From contig CAYTWD010000001.1 in assembly GCA_964441065.1 (NCBI GenBank), positions 73,285 to 137,284 on the forward strand: DNA of 64,000 nt, read 5' to 3'. This DNA comes from an uncultured Candidatus Peribacteria bacterium (lineage in GTDB: Bacteria; Patescibacteriota; Gracilibacteria; UBA1369; 2-02-FULL-48-14). The stretch's first letter is position 1; each line of letters begins with the position of its first letter. The position numbers and the translations under genes were made by a program. The notes under the pieces were generated by a model that was not told where the DNA came from, did not search any database, and saw only the letters and a program-made list of their open reading frames with translations. This document shows positions 37,942 through 46,501 of the stretch, piece after piece.

Positions 37942-38169
37942 ATGAAAAAGAAACAACTTTTCACAGTTATAATTGAAGAAGACAACAATGGCTTCTTTGC
38001 TTATTGCCCACAGTTACAAGGTTGTTATACTCAAGGTGAAACTTACGAAGAGGCACTCTTGAATATTAAAGATGTGATAAAACTACATACGGAAGACAGG
38101 ATTGAGGAGGGGCAAACTTGGAGAAGCCCAAAGTCCATAAATGTCACTTCATTAGAGGTAAGCATTTAA
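37942..38169 (+). CDS. hicB: HicB-family antitoxin (UPF0150 fold)
   Basis: MKKKQLFTVIIEEDNNGFFAYCPQLQGCYTQGETYEEALLNIKDVIKLH matches the HicB N-terminal domain. The ORF-track start at 37792 adds an implausible leader. Confidence 0.7.
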   Translation: MKKKQLFTVIIEEDNNGFFAYCPQLQGCYTQGETYEEALLNIKDVIKLHTEDRIEEGQTWRSPKSINVTSLEVSI

Positions 38170-38171
38170 TT

Positions 38172-38216
38172 ATGGTCAAATTACCCAGATTAAATGCCAA
38201 AGATTTTACATCCTAA
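38172..38216 (+). pseudogene. hicA: Truncated hicA toxin remnant
   Basis: Two nt after the hicB stop, ATG GTC AAA TTA CCC AGA TTA AAT GCC AAA GAT TTT.. encodes MVKLPRLNAKDFTS*. This is the conserved HicA start (M.KLPR.SGKE) followed by a premature TAA. Confidence 0.4.
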
Positions 38217-38259
38217 AATCATTAAACAGATATTTAGAGATGCTGAGTTAAATTAACTC

Positions 38260-39780
38260 CTACTCCAATCCTTTCCCAAGCTTCCTAACCAGCTTCCACG
38301 TTTTTTCACGTATCGATTCAACGGTTTTCCAGCCCGCTCTGTAACACAAAACGTGTTGCTCCAAATCATTTCCAATTTTTCCACGAGCATTGTCTGAAAT
38401 CCCCAAGGTTTTACCTGTTGGCAAACCTGGATAAACGTCTAACATTGCATTAATTGATCCGTCAGCAAGTCTCATATTAAATGAGTCTTGATCAACAGCA
38501 TTTCCATCACTTGTGTTCAAAAAGTAAGCACCATTTTTCATTTTTCCAATCAACTCTTTGTTAACAAGTCCGTGAGCTTTGTGTGGTGCGACGCAAAGAC
38601 TAATGACATCCGAATCTTCAAATAATTCATCCAAATTCGCATATTCAAATCTTGGATCCAAAGTGTTTGGCGAATAGTATTTCACTTTCATTCCAAGCGT
38701 TTCTGCAATTTCCGCGGTTCGAGTTCCAATTCTTCCCAAACCAACAATCCCAAAAGTTTTATCTGCCAAATTCTCTTCAATATGAGCAAGCTCACTCACA
38801 TCAATTATTCGGTCATTCGGCAATAGATCCAGCCAAATCGGAGCTTTTTTTGTGTCGCAAATAAAGAATCCATCTTCCGTACAATCAGACATATTTTCAG
38901 TCGGAACCATCTCCATTTGAAATCCATCTCTCAAGATTTTTTCCAATCTCGCTTTTCCGGGCATTTTTGCATCCAAAATAGTAATTTTCTTGCCTTTCAA
39001 TAATTGCTCCGGAATTACTTCCTCAGGTTTTTTATTACCATTTATAAGCTCGCCATAAGTATCGGCGCTTCTTCCGAGTTTGTGAAAATGATGACTGAAC
39101 CGACCTCGTCTTGTGGCTTTTTCATTCTGCAAAAATTTTCTAAATTTTTTGAAAAGTTCACCAATAGTTCCAATCACAAAGTCATCTTCCGTATAAGCTT
39201 TCTCATTCGTGGATTTATTTCTTATCATTAACTCAATCATTCCTCCAACATTTAATTCGGAAACCGAATCGGTCCCGTAATCAGGAATGGAATCAACATA
39301 AATCCCTGCATTTTTTGCCATCGCCACATTCATTCTGTGTTCAAATTCATGAGTCCAACAAATAATACTTTTCATGTCGCCTTTTTTAATCCACTCTTTT
39401 AAAACGGAATCGGGAATTTCAGTCCAACAAGTGACAACACCATCCGCATCTTTAGTTTGATTCAACATAAATTGAGCAGTTCGGTTTTCTCTAATATCCG
39501 CCTCGGTCCAACATTGAATATTTCCCATTTTTGCCAAATGTTCATCTGAAATTCTGTCTATATTTTCAGGCAAACTACTTGGCCACATTCTCACGTTCGC
39601 AGTCGAATCGGATTGAAAATTCTCAGGCAGAGTCCAAGCTTTTCCATTTTCTTGCCATTTCAAAGGCACGCAGTCAATTTCAGCCTTGCCGCTTTTCATT
39701 AATTCACCCAATCCCTCAACGTGCTCAGGGTAGAAAATAACCGTATCCAGAACCTCTAAATGTTTGTAACCTTCTTTCAT
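38260..39780 (-). CDS. Atypical D-isomer-specific 2-hydroxyacid dehydrogenase-fold protein with a large insertion and substituted catalytic residues
   Basis: 506 aa. The NAD loop FGIVGLGRIGTRTAEIA is present. Signature 3 reads MKNGAYFLNTSDGNAVD, with Asp where the invariant Arg sits. DVYPGLP replaces DV..EP. About 150 extra residues lie between the substrate-binding lobe and the NAD lobe. Confidence 0.6.
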   Translation of the reverse strand: MKEGYKHLEVLDTVIFYPEHVEGLGELMKSGKAEIDCVPLKWQENGKAWTLPENFQSDSTANVRMWPSSLPENIDRISDEHLAKMGNIQCWTEADIRENRTAQFMLNQTKDADGVVTCWTEIPDSVLKEWIKKGDMKSIICWTHEFEHRMNVAMAKNAGIYVDSIPDYGTDSVSELNVGGMIELMIRNKSTNEKAYTEDDFVIGTIGELFKKFRKFLQNEKATRRGRFSHHFHKLGRSADTYGELINGNKKPEEVIPEQLLKGKKITILDAKMPGKARLEKILRDGFQMEMVPTENMSDCTEDGFFICDTKKAPIWLDLLPNDRIIDVSELAHIEENLADKTFGIVGLGRIGTRTAEIAETLGMKVKYYSPNTLDPRFEYANLDELFEDSDVISLCVAPHKAHGLVNKELIGKMKNGAYFLNTSDGNAVDQDSFNMRLADGSINAMLDVYPGLPTGKTLGISDNARGKIGNDLEQHVLCYRAGWKTVESIREKTWKLVRKLGKGLE

Positions 39781-39915
39781 AAATTGTTGTTATTGAACAA
39801 TGCAATAATATGCCAAGATGTCAAATATGTATAGTATAATAAGTCAACTAGTAAGTCTACTATTGCAATTACAGATTAAAAATGCTAAAATAAAGTGTCG
39901 ATTAATTAAGTCAAC

Positions 39916-40659
39916 ATGAATCAAAAACTGCTCGAAAAATTGGGAATGACCGCTCGTGAAGTTAAACTTTATCTAAAACTTTTGGAATTGGGTTCAAGCC
40001 CGGCAAACAACTTATCAAGACGTTTGGAAGAGAACAGGACTTCAACATACAGTCTACTTCAATCACTTCAAAAGAAGGGTTTTGTGACATACTCGCTCAA
40101 GCGAAACGTGAAATATTTTTACCCGATTGATCCGGGAATTCTTGTTGATCAATACGTCCACACTGCGAATAATCTTCAGTCCGCCCTTCCTGAACTGCTC
40201 GCTGTTTTTAATAAGTCCACCAACAAACCAAGAATTGCATTTTATGAAGGAGTGAACGGGATAAAACAACTTTGCGAGACGCTTCTTGAAGTACCCGGTT
40301 CCACCCGCTTTAGTTTTATGGGAGTTGATGAATCCACAATTCATCCGGAAATTAAAGAGTATTTTGAGACCGATTTTCTAAATAGACGAGTCGCCGCAGA
40401 TATTAAATATAAAGCGATTGTAACAGGTTTAATTCCCTTTGCTTCCGGCTACAAAAAAACTCATGAAGCTCAACTTCGCGAGCTGAAATGGGTCGATCCC
40501 AAAAAATTTCCAATGAATATTCAAATCGACATTTATCCTCACAATAAAGTTGCAATTTATTCTTACAATAAAGACGAAATGATGGGCATTGTTATTGAAC
40601 ACGAATCTTTCTACTCAACAATGAGATCGGTTTTTCAGATTGCGTGGAGTGGCCTTTAA
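39916..40659 (+). CDS. TrmB-family HTH transcriptional regulator (paralog 2 of 3)
   Basis: 247 aa. REVKLYLKLLELGSSPANNLSRRLEENRTSTYSLLQSLQKKGFV and FYEGVNGIKQL are present. Confidence 0.75.
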   Translation: MNQKLLEKLGMTAREVKLYLKLLELGSSPANNLSRRLEENRTSTYSLLQSLQKKGFVTYSLKRNVKYFYPIDPGILVDQYVHTANNLQSALPELLAVFNKSTNKPRIAFYEGVNGIKQLCETLLEVPGSTRFSFMGVDESTIHPEIKEYFETDFLNRRVAADIKYKAIVTGLIPFASGYKKTHEAQLRELKWVDPKKFPMNIQIDIYPHNKVAIYSYNKDEMMGIVIEHESFYSTMRSVFQIAWSGL

Positions 40660-41828
40660 ATCACTCCCACTTTTCTTAAACTAATTAAACTTAAACCGCA
40701 AAAAATAAATAGCAATCCTGCGGATGCGAGTAAAGCATTTTGAATTCCCCATAAATCGCAAATCGTTCCCAAAAGTGGCGAGAAAATAAAGAAAATTCCG
40801 CGCGAAAAAAAGCTACGAATTGAAAGCACCGTCGCTCGTCTGTCATTGCTGATTATTTGCTGAACATAATCATAAAATAATGGCATGGTTAAACCCCAAA
40901 GTGAACTTGTGATTACCAATAAAGGAATCGCCCAAAGTGTTTTAATATTTGCCAATAATATCCAATCCAAAATAGCAAAAAGTGGAAGTAATATAATGCA
41001 AAGTTTTTGACCAAGAAAATCCTCAATTTCCTTTCCATACTTAGACCCCAAAGCAGATCCGACATTCATCGCGCCAATAACAAATCCAAAATAAAAAATC
41101 GGCAGTTCAATAAATTCCATATATTTTTGATAAAGCCAAAAAGTTATGAAGAAAAATCCGAATGGAATTGACGAGTAAATGATAAATAATCCCAATTTTT
41201 TATTTTCAAGAAAAGTTTCTCTAAATATTTTTTTGAAGTGCGACCACTTTTCGGCTTCCATCTCATGTTCTTTTGGCTCAATCAAAGTCAGATTAAGCAA
41301 AAACCAGATTATCCAAGTGATTATTGTTAAATGAAATGGAAACCTCATAGAAACCACGGCCATCATTGCACCAAGCACATTGCCCACCAATGATCCAAAT
41401 CGACCATAGAAGAATATATTACCCTGAACCTTCTTATATTTTTCGCTTTTTTCGCCCTCCACAAGGCTTTCAAAGGCCATTGCTTCGGTTGTGCCGGAAG
41501 TTAAACTGCTACCAATACCAATAATTATTTCGCCAACCAAAAACCAAAAATATAAATTCGAGTACACGAATATTAAAAGACCCAAAAGTTGGATCAAAGA
41601 GCCAACTATTAAAGTCTTTTTTCTACCGATTCTATCGGAAAAATAACCTGATGGAATTTCAAAGATCACAAGCATTGCCGCGAAAGCACCTTCAAGCATC
41701 AAAATTTCTCTCATTGAAAATCCAAGCCCGCTAAAGAAAGGAATCATTATCGGAATGAAGAAAACCAGCTCTGAAAAGAACTGCATCAAATATAATTTCG
41801 GTATATTTTGAAGGATTTTTGAGTTCAT
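40656..41828 (-). CDS. MFS transporter
   Basis: 390 aa with about 12 hydrophobic segments. The loop 2-3 motif GYFSDRIGRKKTL is present. Confidence 0.75.
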   Translation of the reverse strand: MNSKILQNIPKLYLMQFFSELVFFIPIMIPFFSGLGFSMREILMLEGAFAAMLVIFEIPSGYFSDRIGRKKTLIVGSLIQLLGLLIFVYSNLYFWFLVGEIIIGIGSSLTSGTTEAMAFESLVEGEKSEKYKKVQGNIFFYGRFGSLVGNVLGAMMAVVSMRFPFHLTIITWIIWFLLNLTLIEPKEHEMEAEKWSHFKKIFRETFLENKKLGLFIIYSSIPFGFFFITFWLYQKYMEFIELPIFYFGFVIGAMNVGSALGSKYGKEIEDFLGQKLCIILLPLFAILDWILLANIKTLWAIPLLVITSSLWGLTMPLFYDYVQQIISNDRRATVLSIRSFFSRGIFFIFSPLLGTICDLWGIQNALLASAGLLFIFCGLSLISLRKVGVI

Positions 41829-41837
41829 TTTTTGAGA

Positions 41838-42593
41838 TTATTCTCCCTCACCATAAAAGTACTTACCGTAAGTATTTGCAAGTGCTTCATATGCCCTATC
41901 AAACCCATCGTTTAAATCAACTTTACCACCTAAAATAATGCTTTCACCGTCTGTAACAAGCATAGGTATCCCACGTAAACCATGACCATATTGTGAAAAT
42001 CTTTTTTTAGATCCAACAAATCTACCTGATACATTCTCAGCATATTCAATTTCATCTTTAGCGATTGGTTTGCAAAGAAGAGCGCCTATATCAAGCGAAA
42101 TTTGTTTTGCGATTTTATCAGCCATATTTTTTGAGCCCACAAAAATTGTGAATATTTTCCCATCTTCAATATCTCCACCATTCATACATTTATGGCAGAT
42201 GTTATTATCAGTTAGATAATCAGAAACTTTCTGCACATCCTTAATTGCGACATTTAAATGTAATTTGTGGCCTACAGCTATATTTTTTTCATCTAAAAAT
42301 TCAGTAGTTTCACCTTTTTTCCCAAGATCAAACCTTCCATATGATTTAAGTTTTTCAGTCCATATTTTATCTTTAATCTTCCACTCCGACTTATTTTTTG
42401 GCAAGTCTGGATTTTCTTTACCATTAGAGTTTGGATATTGATCCTCAAGGTTTTGCAGTGTAGCCAATTTTGCTTTATATCTTGTTCTCCCAACAATGTT
42501 CTGAGTATTTTTTGGTACATCTAACCACCATCTCTTTTTTTCCGTTACAGGTTTCGGGCTTACTCTCTCCCACCATTTATCAACATTAGTCAT
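41838..42593 (-). CDS. Hypothetical protein with a KLHLNV...GKIFTIF motif pair
   Basis: 251 aa and soluble, 5 nt downstream of the ATPase gene. VGHKLHLNVAIKD ...(32 aa)... DGKIFTIFVGS recalls the GWK(L/I)H(V/I)S ... GKF(I/V)T(I/V)YP pattern I associate with HopA1 / LanKC-N lyase-like domains. This is from memory and unverified. Confidence 0.55.
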   Translation of the reverse strand: MTNVDKWWERVSPKPVTEKKRWWLDVPKNTQNIVGRTRYKAKLATLQNLEDQYPNSNGKENPDLPKNKSEWKIKDKIWTEKLKSYGRFDLGKKGETTEFLDEKNIAVGHKLHLNVAIKDVQKVSDYLTDNNICHKCMNGGDIEDGKIFTIFVGSKNMADKIAKQISLDIGALLCKPIAKDEIEYAENVSGRFVGSKKRFSQYGHGLRGIPMLVTDGESIILGGKVDLNDGFDRAYEALANTYGKYFYGEGE

Positions 42594-42598
42594 ATTTT

Positions 42599-44842
42599 CT
42601 AAATCAAAGGCATTTCAAACTCTGCGGCTTCTTCAATAACTTCATTCTTCGCCACAATCTCACCGGGTTCTTCAATTTTTCCTTCGTCCCATTTCTTCAA
42701 CATTTCTTCAACTTCTTCACGAGGATGGCAGTAGGCCGCGCGCGAAATTTCAATAATCTCACGAGTTTTATCTTCGGGATTATATTTGATGTCTAAAGTG
42801 CGACCGGAAAAGGCCTCGGAAAGTTCACCTTGCACAGACATTTTTGTATAAAATTCTCGAACCCCCAAGTTAATAATATCTCGAACATTGAAAATCGGAG
42901 TGTATTCTTCGGCAAGAATAACAGCATCTTCGGCACCCACACGGAAGTTCACAATTGTACCAACGTTACCAAAAACCGTTTTTCTAACAAGATCGGAAAG
43001 CTGACCAACATATTGGTGGGCAATCGTCATGTTCAATCTGTATTTTCTGGCTTCAGACAAAATCTCCGAAAAAGTATTTGTGGCAAAATTCTGGAACTCA
43101 TCCACGTAGAAATAAAAATCGCTACGTTCGTCTTCGCGCATGTCCGCACGAGCCATCGCCGCCTGATAAATTTTCGTGATAATCATGGCACCCACCAATT
43201 GAGCGTTTTCCTCACCAAGAAGCCCTTTTGAGACTTTCATGAGAAGAATTTTTTTGTTGTCCATTATGTCGCGAATATTGAAAGTATTCACCGGCTGACC
43301 GATAATATTTCGAATCATATTTGTTGAAACCAACTGTCCGACTTTATTCAAAAGCGGTGTGATCGCCTCGCTATCAAATTTTTCACTCCATCCGGCAAAT
43401 TCATTAACCCAGAAATTTTTAACAACGGAATCCTGAATCCTCGCCACAATTTTTTGACGGTAATTTTTATCGGAAAGCATTTTCAAAATCGAAAGCACAG
43501 TCGTGTTTGGTGAGTCTAGAAGCGCCAAAGTCGTGTATCGTAAAACGTGCTCCAATCGATCAGACCAGTTTCCACCGAAGAGTTTTTTGAAAATATCAAT
43601 GAAACCAATTGTGATCTGCATTTTGAATTTTTCATCAACTTTTTCGAGCGGATTAAAGGCTATAGGGAACTCAGTATCAGAAGGATCAAACAAAATCACG
43701 TCCTTCATTCGTTCCTCCGGAATCATTCTCAAAATGTTATCAACAAGATCTCCGTGCGGATCCAAAACACCAATTCCTTTTCCCGCTTTAATATCGGACT
43801 GAATCAAAAGTTCAAGCATTTTTGATTTACCGGTACCGCTCTTCCCCACAACATATAAATGTCTTCTTCTGTCTTCGCGCTTGATACCAAAGTGCTGAAA
43901 ATTGTTGTGATAATTCGTCATACCAAACATACAAACGTCTTGTCCGCCGGTCGGTAAATCCTTCGGTGGCTCATGTTTTTTCGCCATAACATGCACAACG
44001 TGTGGAACGTGATCCGCATTTGGAATATGAAAGAATGTCGCCAATTCGTGATCACTAACAATCGCGCCGTTATCAATATGTCGGCTTTGATATTCTCGCA
44101 AAAAAGCAGCTCCTTTTTTGACTTTTTCCAATTCAAAATTATTCGCGTCGGTTTTATTAAATTGAAAAAATGCTTTTGAAAGCGCTAGCAAATTCTTTCT
44201 TGCCTCATCTTCTTTATCTGAAACAGCGCCAAATCTAATTTGAACTTTAAAAGGTTCATGCTCCGATTTATGAATGAAAAGCGATTCCTCTTCTTTGTAA
44301 TATTCCGCTTTTTCTTTCATTCGCACGTAATTCTTCAATCGGAATCTTCTCAAAAATCTATTAAGTCTCATCCTGAATTTTCGCAAGAAATGATATTTCC
44401 AATCTTCATCAATCGGTACGGTTAAAATCTGCACCCAAGCATGATCATTTCTTCCCAATTTTGAAATCACAGAGAAAATTGAAGAAAGCGAATCCACTTC
44501 AAATTCATCGTATGCTTTGAAGGGATAAATATCGCTCATCGCGAATCTTGCGGTTGTTCCCAACAGGATATGTTTTTTGGGATCGTAAACTGTCGTGTAG
44601 TCTTTTACAGGTCTAATTTCCGCGTCAGGGTAGCTTGAATAAATCAAACCCTCCACAAGTTTTGTGATGTCCGGCTCGCAACCGATAAAGAAATATGTGT
44701 ACTGATTGTAACCAAAAAGTTCAAAAGATAAATGCTTGTGATGCGCAGTTTTATGCAAATTCTGCAAAAACTGTAGAAACAGACTTTCTTTTTTCGGATT
44801 TTCGGCCGTTCCCTGTGGGACTATTACATGTAAAAAATCCAT
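42599..44842 (-). CDS. Soluble VirD4/TraD-like (type IV coupling-protein-like, HerA/FtsK superfamily) P-loop ATPase
   Basis: 747 aa. Walker A is VVGKSGTGKSKML and Walker B is FYFYVDEFQNFAT. The arginine-finger-like region is TIAHQYVGQL. The N-terminal 300-aa domain has no transmembrane helices. Confidence 0.7.
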   Translation of the reverse strand: MDFLHVIVPQGTAENPKKESLFLQFLQNLHKTAHHKHLSFELFGYNQYTYFFIGCEPDITKLVEGLIYSSYPDAEIRPVKDYTTVYDPKKHILLGTTARFAMSDIYPFKAYDEFEVDSLSSIFSVISKLGRNDHAWVQILTVPIDEDWKYHFLRKFRMRLNRFLRRFRLKNYVRMKEKAEYYKEEESLFIHKSEHEPFKVQIRFGAVSDKEDEARKNLLALSKAFFQFNKTDANNFELEKVKKGAAFLREYQSRHIDNGAIVSDHELATFFHIPNADHVPHVVHVMAKKHEPPKDLPTGGQDVCMFGMTNYHNNFQHFGIKREDRRRHLYVVGKSGTGKSKMLELLIQSDIKAGKGIGVLDPHGDLVDNILRMIPEERMKDVILFDPSDTEFPIAFNPLEKVDEKFKMQITIGFIDIFKKLFGGNWSDRLEHVLRYTTLALLDSPNTTVLSILKMLSDKNYRQKIVARIQDSVVKNFWVNEFAGWSEKFDSEAITPLLNKVGQLVSTNMIRNIIGQPVNTFNIRDIMDNKKILLMKVSKGLLGEENAQLVGAMIITKIYQAAMARADMREDERSDFYFYVDEFQNFATNTFSEILSEARKYRLNMTIAHQYVGQLSDLVRKTVFGNVGTIVNFRVGAEDAVILAEEYTPIFNVRDIINLGVREFYTKMSVQGELSEAFSGRTLDIKYNPEDKTREIIEISRAAYCHPREEVEEMLKKWDEGKIEEPGEIVAKNEVIEEAAEFEMPLI

Positions 44843-44887
44843 AGAGTAATTATACCTTATTATAGCATCCGCGTCAACCTGCTAATA

Positions 44888-46501
44888 TCAGTAAATTTCA
44901 TTCAAATAACATGCTTCACAATACACTTTTTCAGGTCTATCCCAAAGTTGCCTTGGTCTTCTTCTCGCCATTCTATCCAAATGCCTTTCATCAGGACATT
45001 TTCTTGGAATTGGCAAATTCATCTTCCTGTAAAATGCCAATTCTTGAGGAATAATTTTATATAATTTGCCGCTACTTTCACACTTTAAAATCTGCTTTGT
45101 GATTTCATCACCAACTTCAGTTATATTATCTTGCATATTCAAATAAGCTCCTTGGTAATTATTTACTTTATCATCTTCATGCCATTTATAACTGCGCGCC
45201 AAAGCCTCCTCTTTACTAAGTGGAAACCATTCATTCGCCAAACTTTCATTATATGCGAATGCGCTTAGACTTATTGGAAAAAACTCACCCCATTCGCCCG
45301 TTTTTTTAAGATGCTCAATAATTTGAGGCAACAGTTTTTCATATTCTTCTTTGCTGTATTGCTTATTCAAAATGCAATATTGCTTCTGTTTTAAACCCAC
45401 ACATCCGAAGCAGTTCTTTGTTGAAAAACAATGATCACAATAACTAAGATCCGCACAATTACTCCAACATAAATTACAAAATTTTAAGTTATAAATATCA
45501 TATCCACAGGCCTGACATTCATAAGTTTCACTTGCATTCGATCCCCAATAACTGTGATCCATCGAATTCTTAACCTTAACCTCCAAATTATTTGAATATT
45601 TCACGTCTTCGCAATCAAAACACTCAAAAATTTCCACACAATTTCTGGAATTATTTATATAATCACCGCTAACATTTTCATTCATTGTCCCATAGAAATT
45701 TTTCACAATCATCGATTTTTTCATTTCCATAAATTTTTCAACGGCATCTTTATAAGATTCATATGAACCCAAATTCAATTCTCTTTTAAATTTTTCATAT
45801 TCTTCTTTTGTAACTTGTTTATTAAAAATATGATATTCAACATTTTTTAAACCCCAAGAAAAAATACAATTTTTCACACCTATACAATTTTTTAAAAACA
45901 TTGAATCCGAGCAATTTCTACATTCTTCAGAGTAAATTAAGTTATAACAATACTGGCAATCCACTGTTTCGTAGCAGAGTTCATCATGCAGAGCATTCTC
46001 ATTATCTATACAATCTTTGCAAAAATTTATCCAAGAACCGTAATAACAATCTTCGCAATGATTTGTTGAAAAAACTAAATAACAATTTTTATTTCTACTC
46101 GCGCAATTACAATATTGTGAATTTTCCATTGGCTGTTGTTGTTGCAATGCCAACCTCGGAACCTTGTTTCTAAGCTCCTCATATTGTTCAAAAAAACTGC
46201 GAGAAAAATCAAAATCCATTCCGTGGCTTAGTGGATCCCACTTATCGCTCCACCACTCTTCAATATCGTAAACAGGATATGGTTTATCGGTAGACGCTGA
46301 AGAAATAATTTGCTTCCCGCTCAAATCACATTTTCTATGATAAAGATGTCTTTCATTTCTAAACGCCAATCTTCTCCGCATTCTTTCTTCCGGACACAAA
46401 GTTGGCAAAGGAACTCCCATTTTTTCATAAAAAGCCTGATCTTCCTCAGAAATAACGAACTCTTTTCCCGAAACGGCACATGTTTTTTTAATTGAAGGCA
46501 T
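44888..46501 (-). CDS. Cys-rich double-zinc-ribbon-capped family protein, paralog P1
   Basis: 537 aa with the family architecture. The N-terminal ribbon ligands are degenerate (CAVSGK, CPEER). The last zinc knuckle is deleted at the C-terminus (..LWDRPEKVYCEACY). Confidence 0.8.
   Translation of the reverse strand: MPSIKKTCAVSGKEFVISEEDQAFYEKMGVPLPTLCPEERMRRRLAFRNERHLYHRKCDLSGKQIISSASTDKPYPVYDIEEWWSDKWDPLSHGMDFDFSRSFFEQYEELRNKVPRLALQQQQPMENSQYCNCASRNKNCYLVFSTNHCEDCYYGSWINFCKDCIDNENALHDELCYETVDCQYCYNLIYSEECRNCSDSMFLKNCIGVKNCIFSWGLKNVEYHIFNKQVTKEEYEKFKRELNLGSYESYKDAVEKFMEMKKSMIVKNFYGTMNENVSGDYINNSRNCVEIFECFDCEDVKYSNNLEVKVKNSMDHSYWGSNASETYECQACGYDIYNLKFCNLCWSNCADLSYCDHCFSTKNCFGCVGLKQKQYCILNKQYSKEEYEKLLPQIIEHLKKTGEWGEFFPISLSAFAYNESLANEWFPLSKEEALARSYKWHEDDKVNNYQGAYLNMQDNITEVGDEITKQILKCESSGKLYKIIPQELAFYRKMNLPIPRKCPDERHLDRMARRRPRQLWDRPEKVYCEACYLNEIY

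Noticed and set aside
39785-39915. Shared operator between the 18561-type palindromes and the TTATTG-N7-CAATAA and TAAGTCAAC (39840-39848, 39907-39915) repeats upstream of TrmB-like paralog 2
   Set aside because: Arm spacing differs (N7 versus N11 between the TTATTG/CAATAA arms), and these AT-rich hexamers are expected by chance in spacers of this composition. I kept only the twin 18561/18626 sites as a finding.
42599-44842. Reading the VirD4/TraD-like ATPase as evidence of an integrative conjugative element or plasmid remnant
   Set aside because: There is no relaxase, other T4SS components, integrase, flanking repeats or compositional break. The gene is embedded in a tight operon-like string with chromosomal-looking genes.
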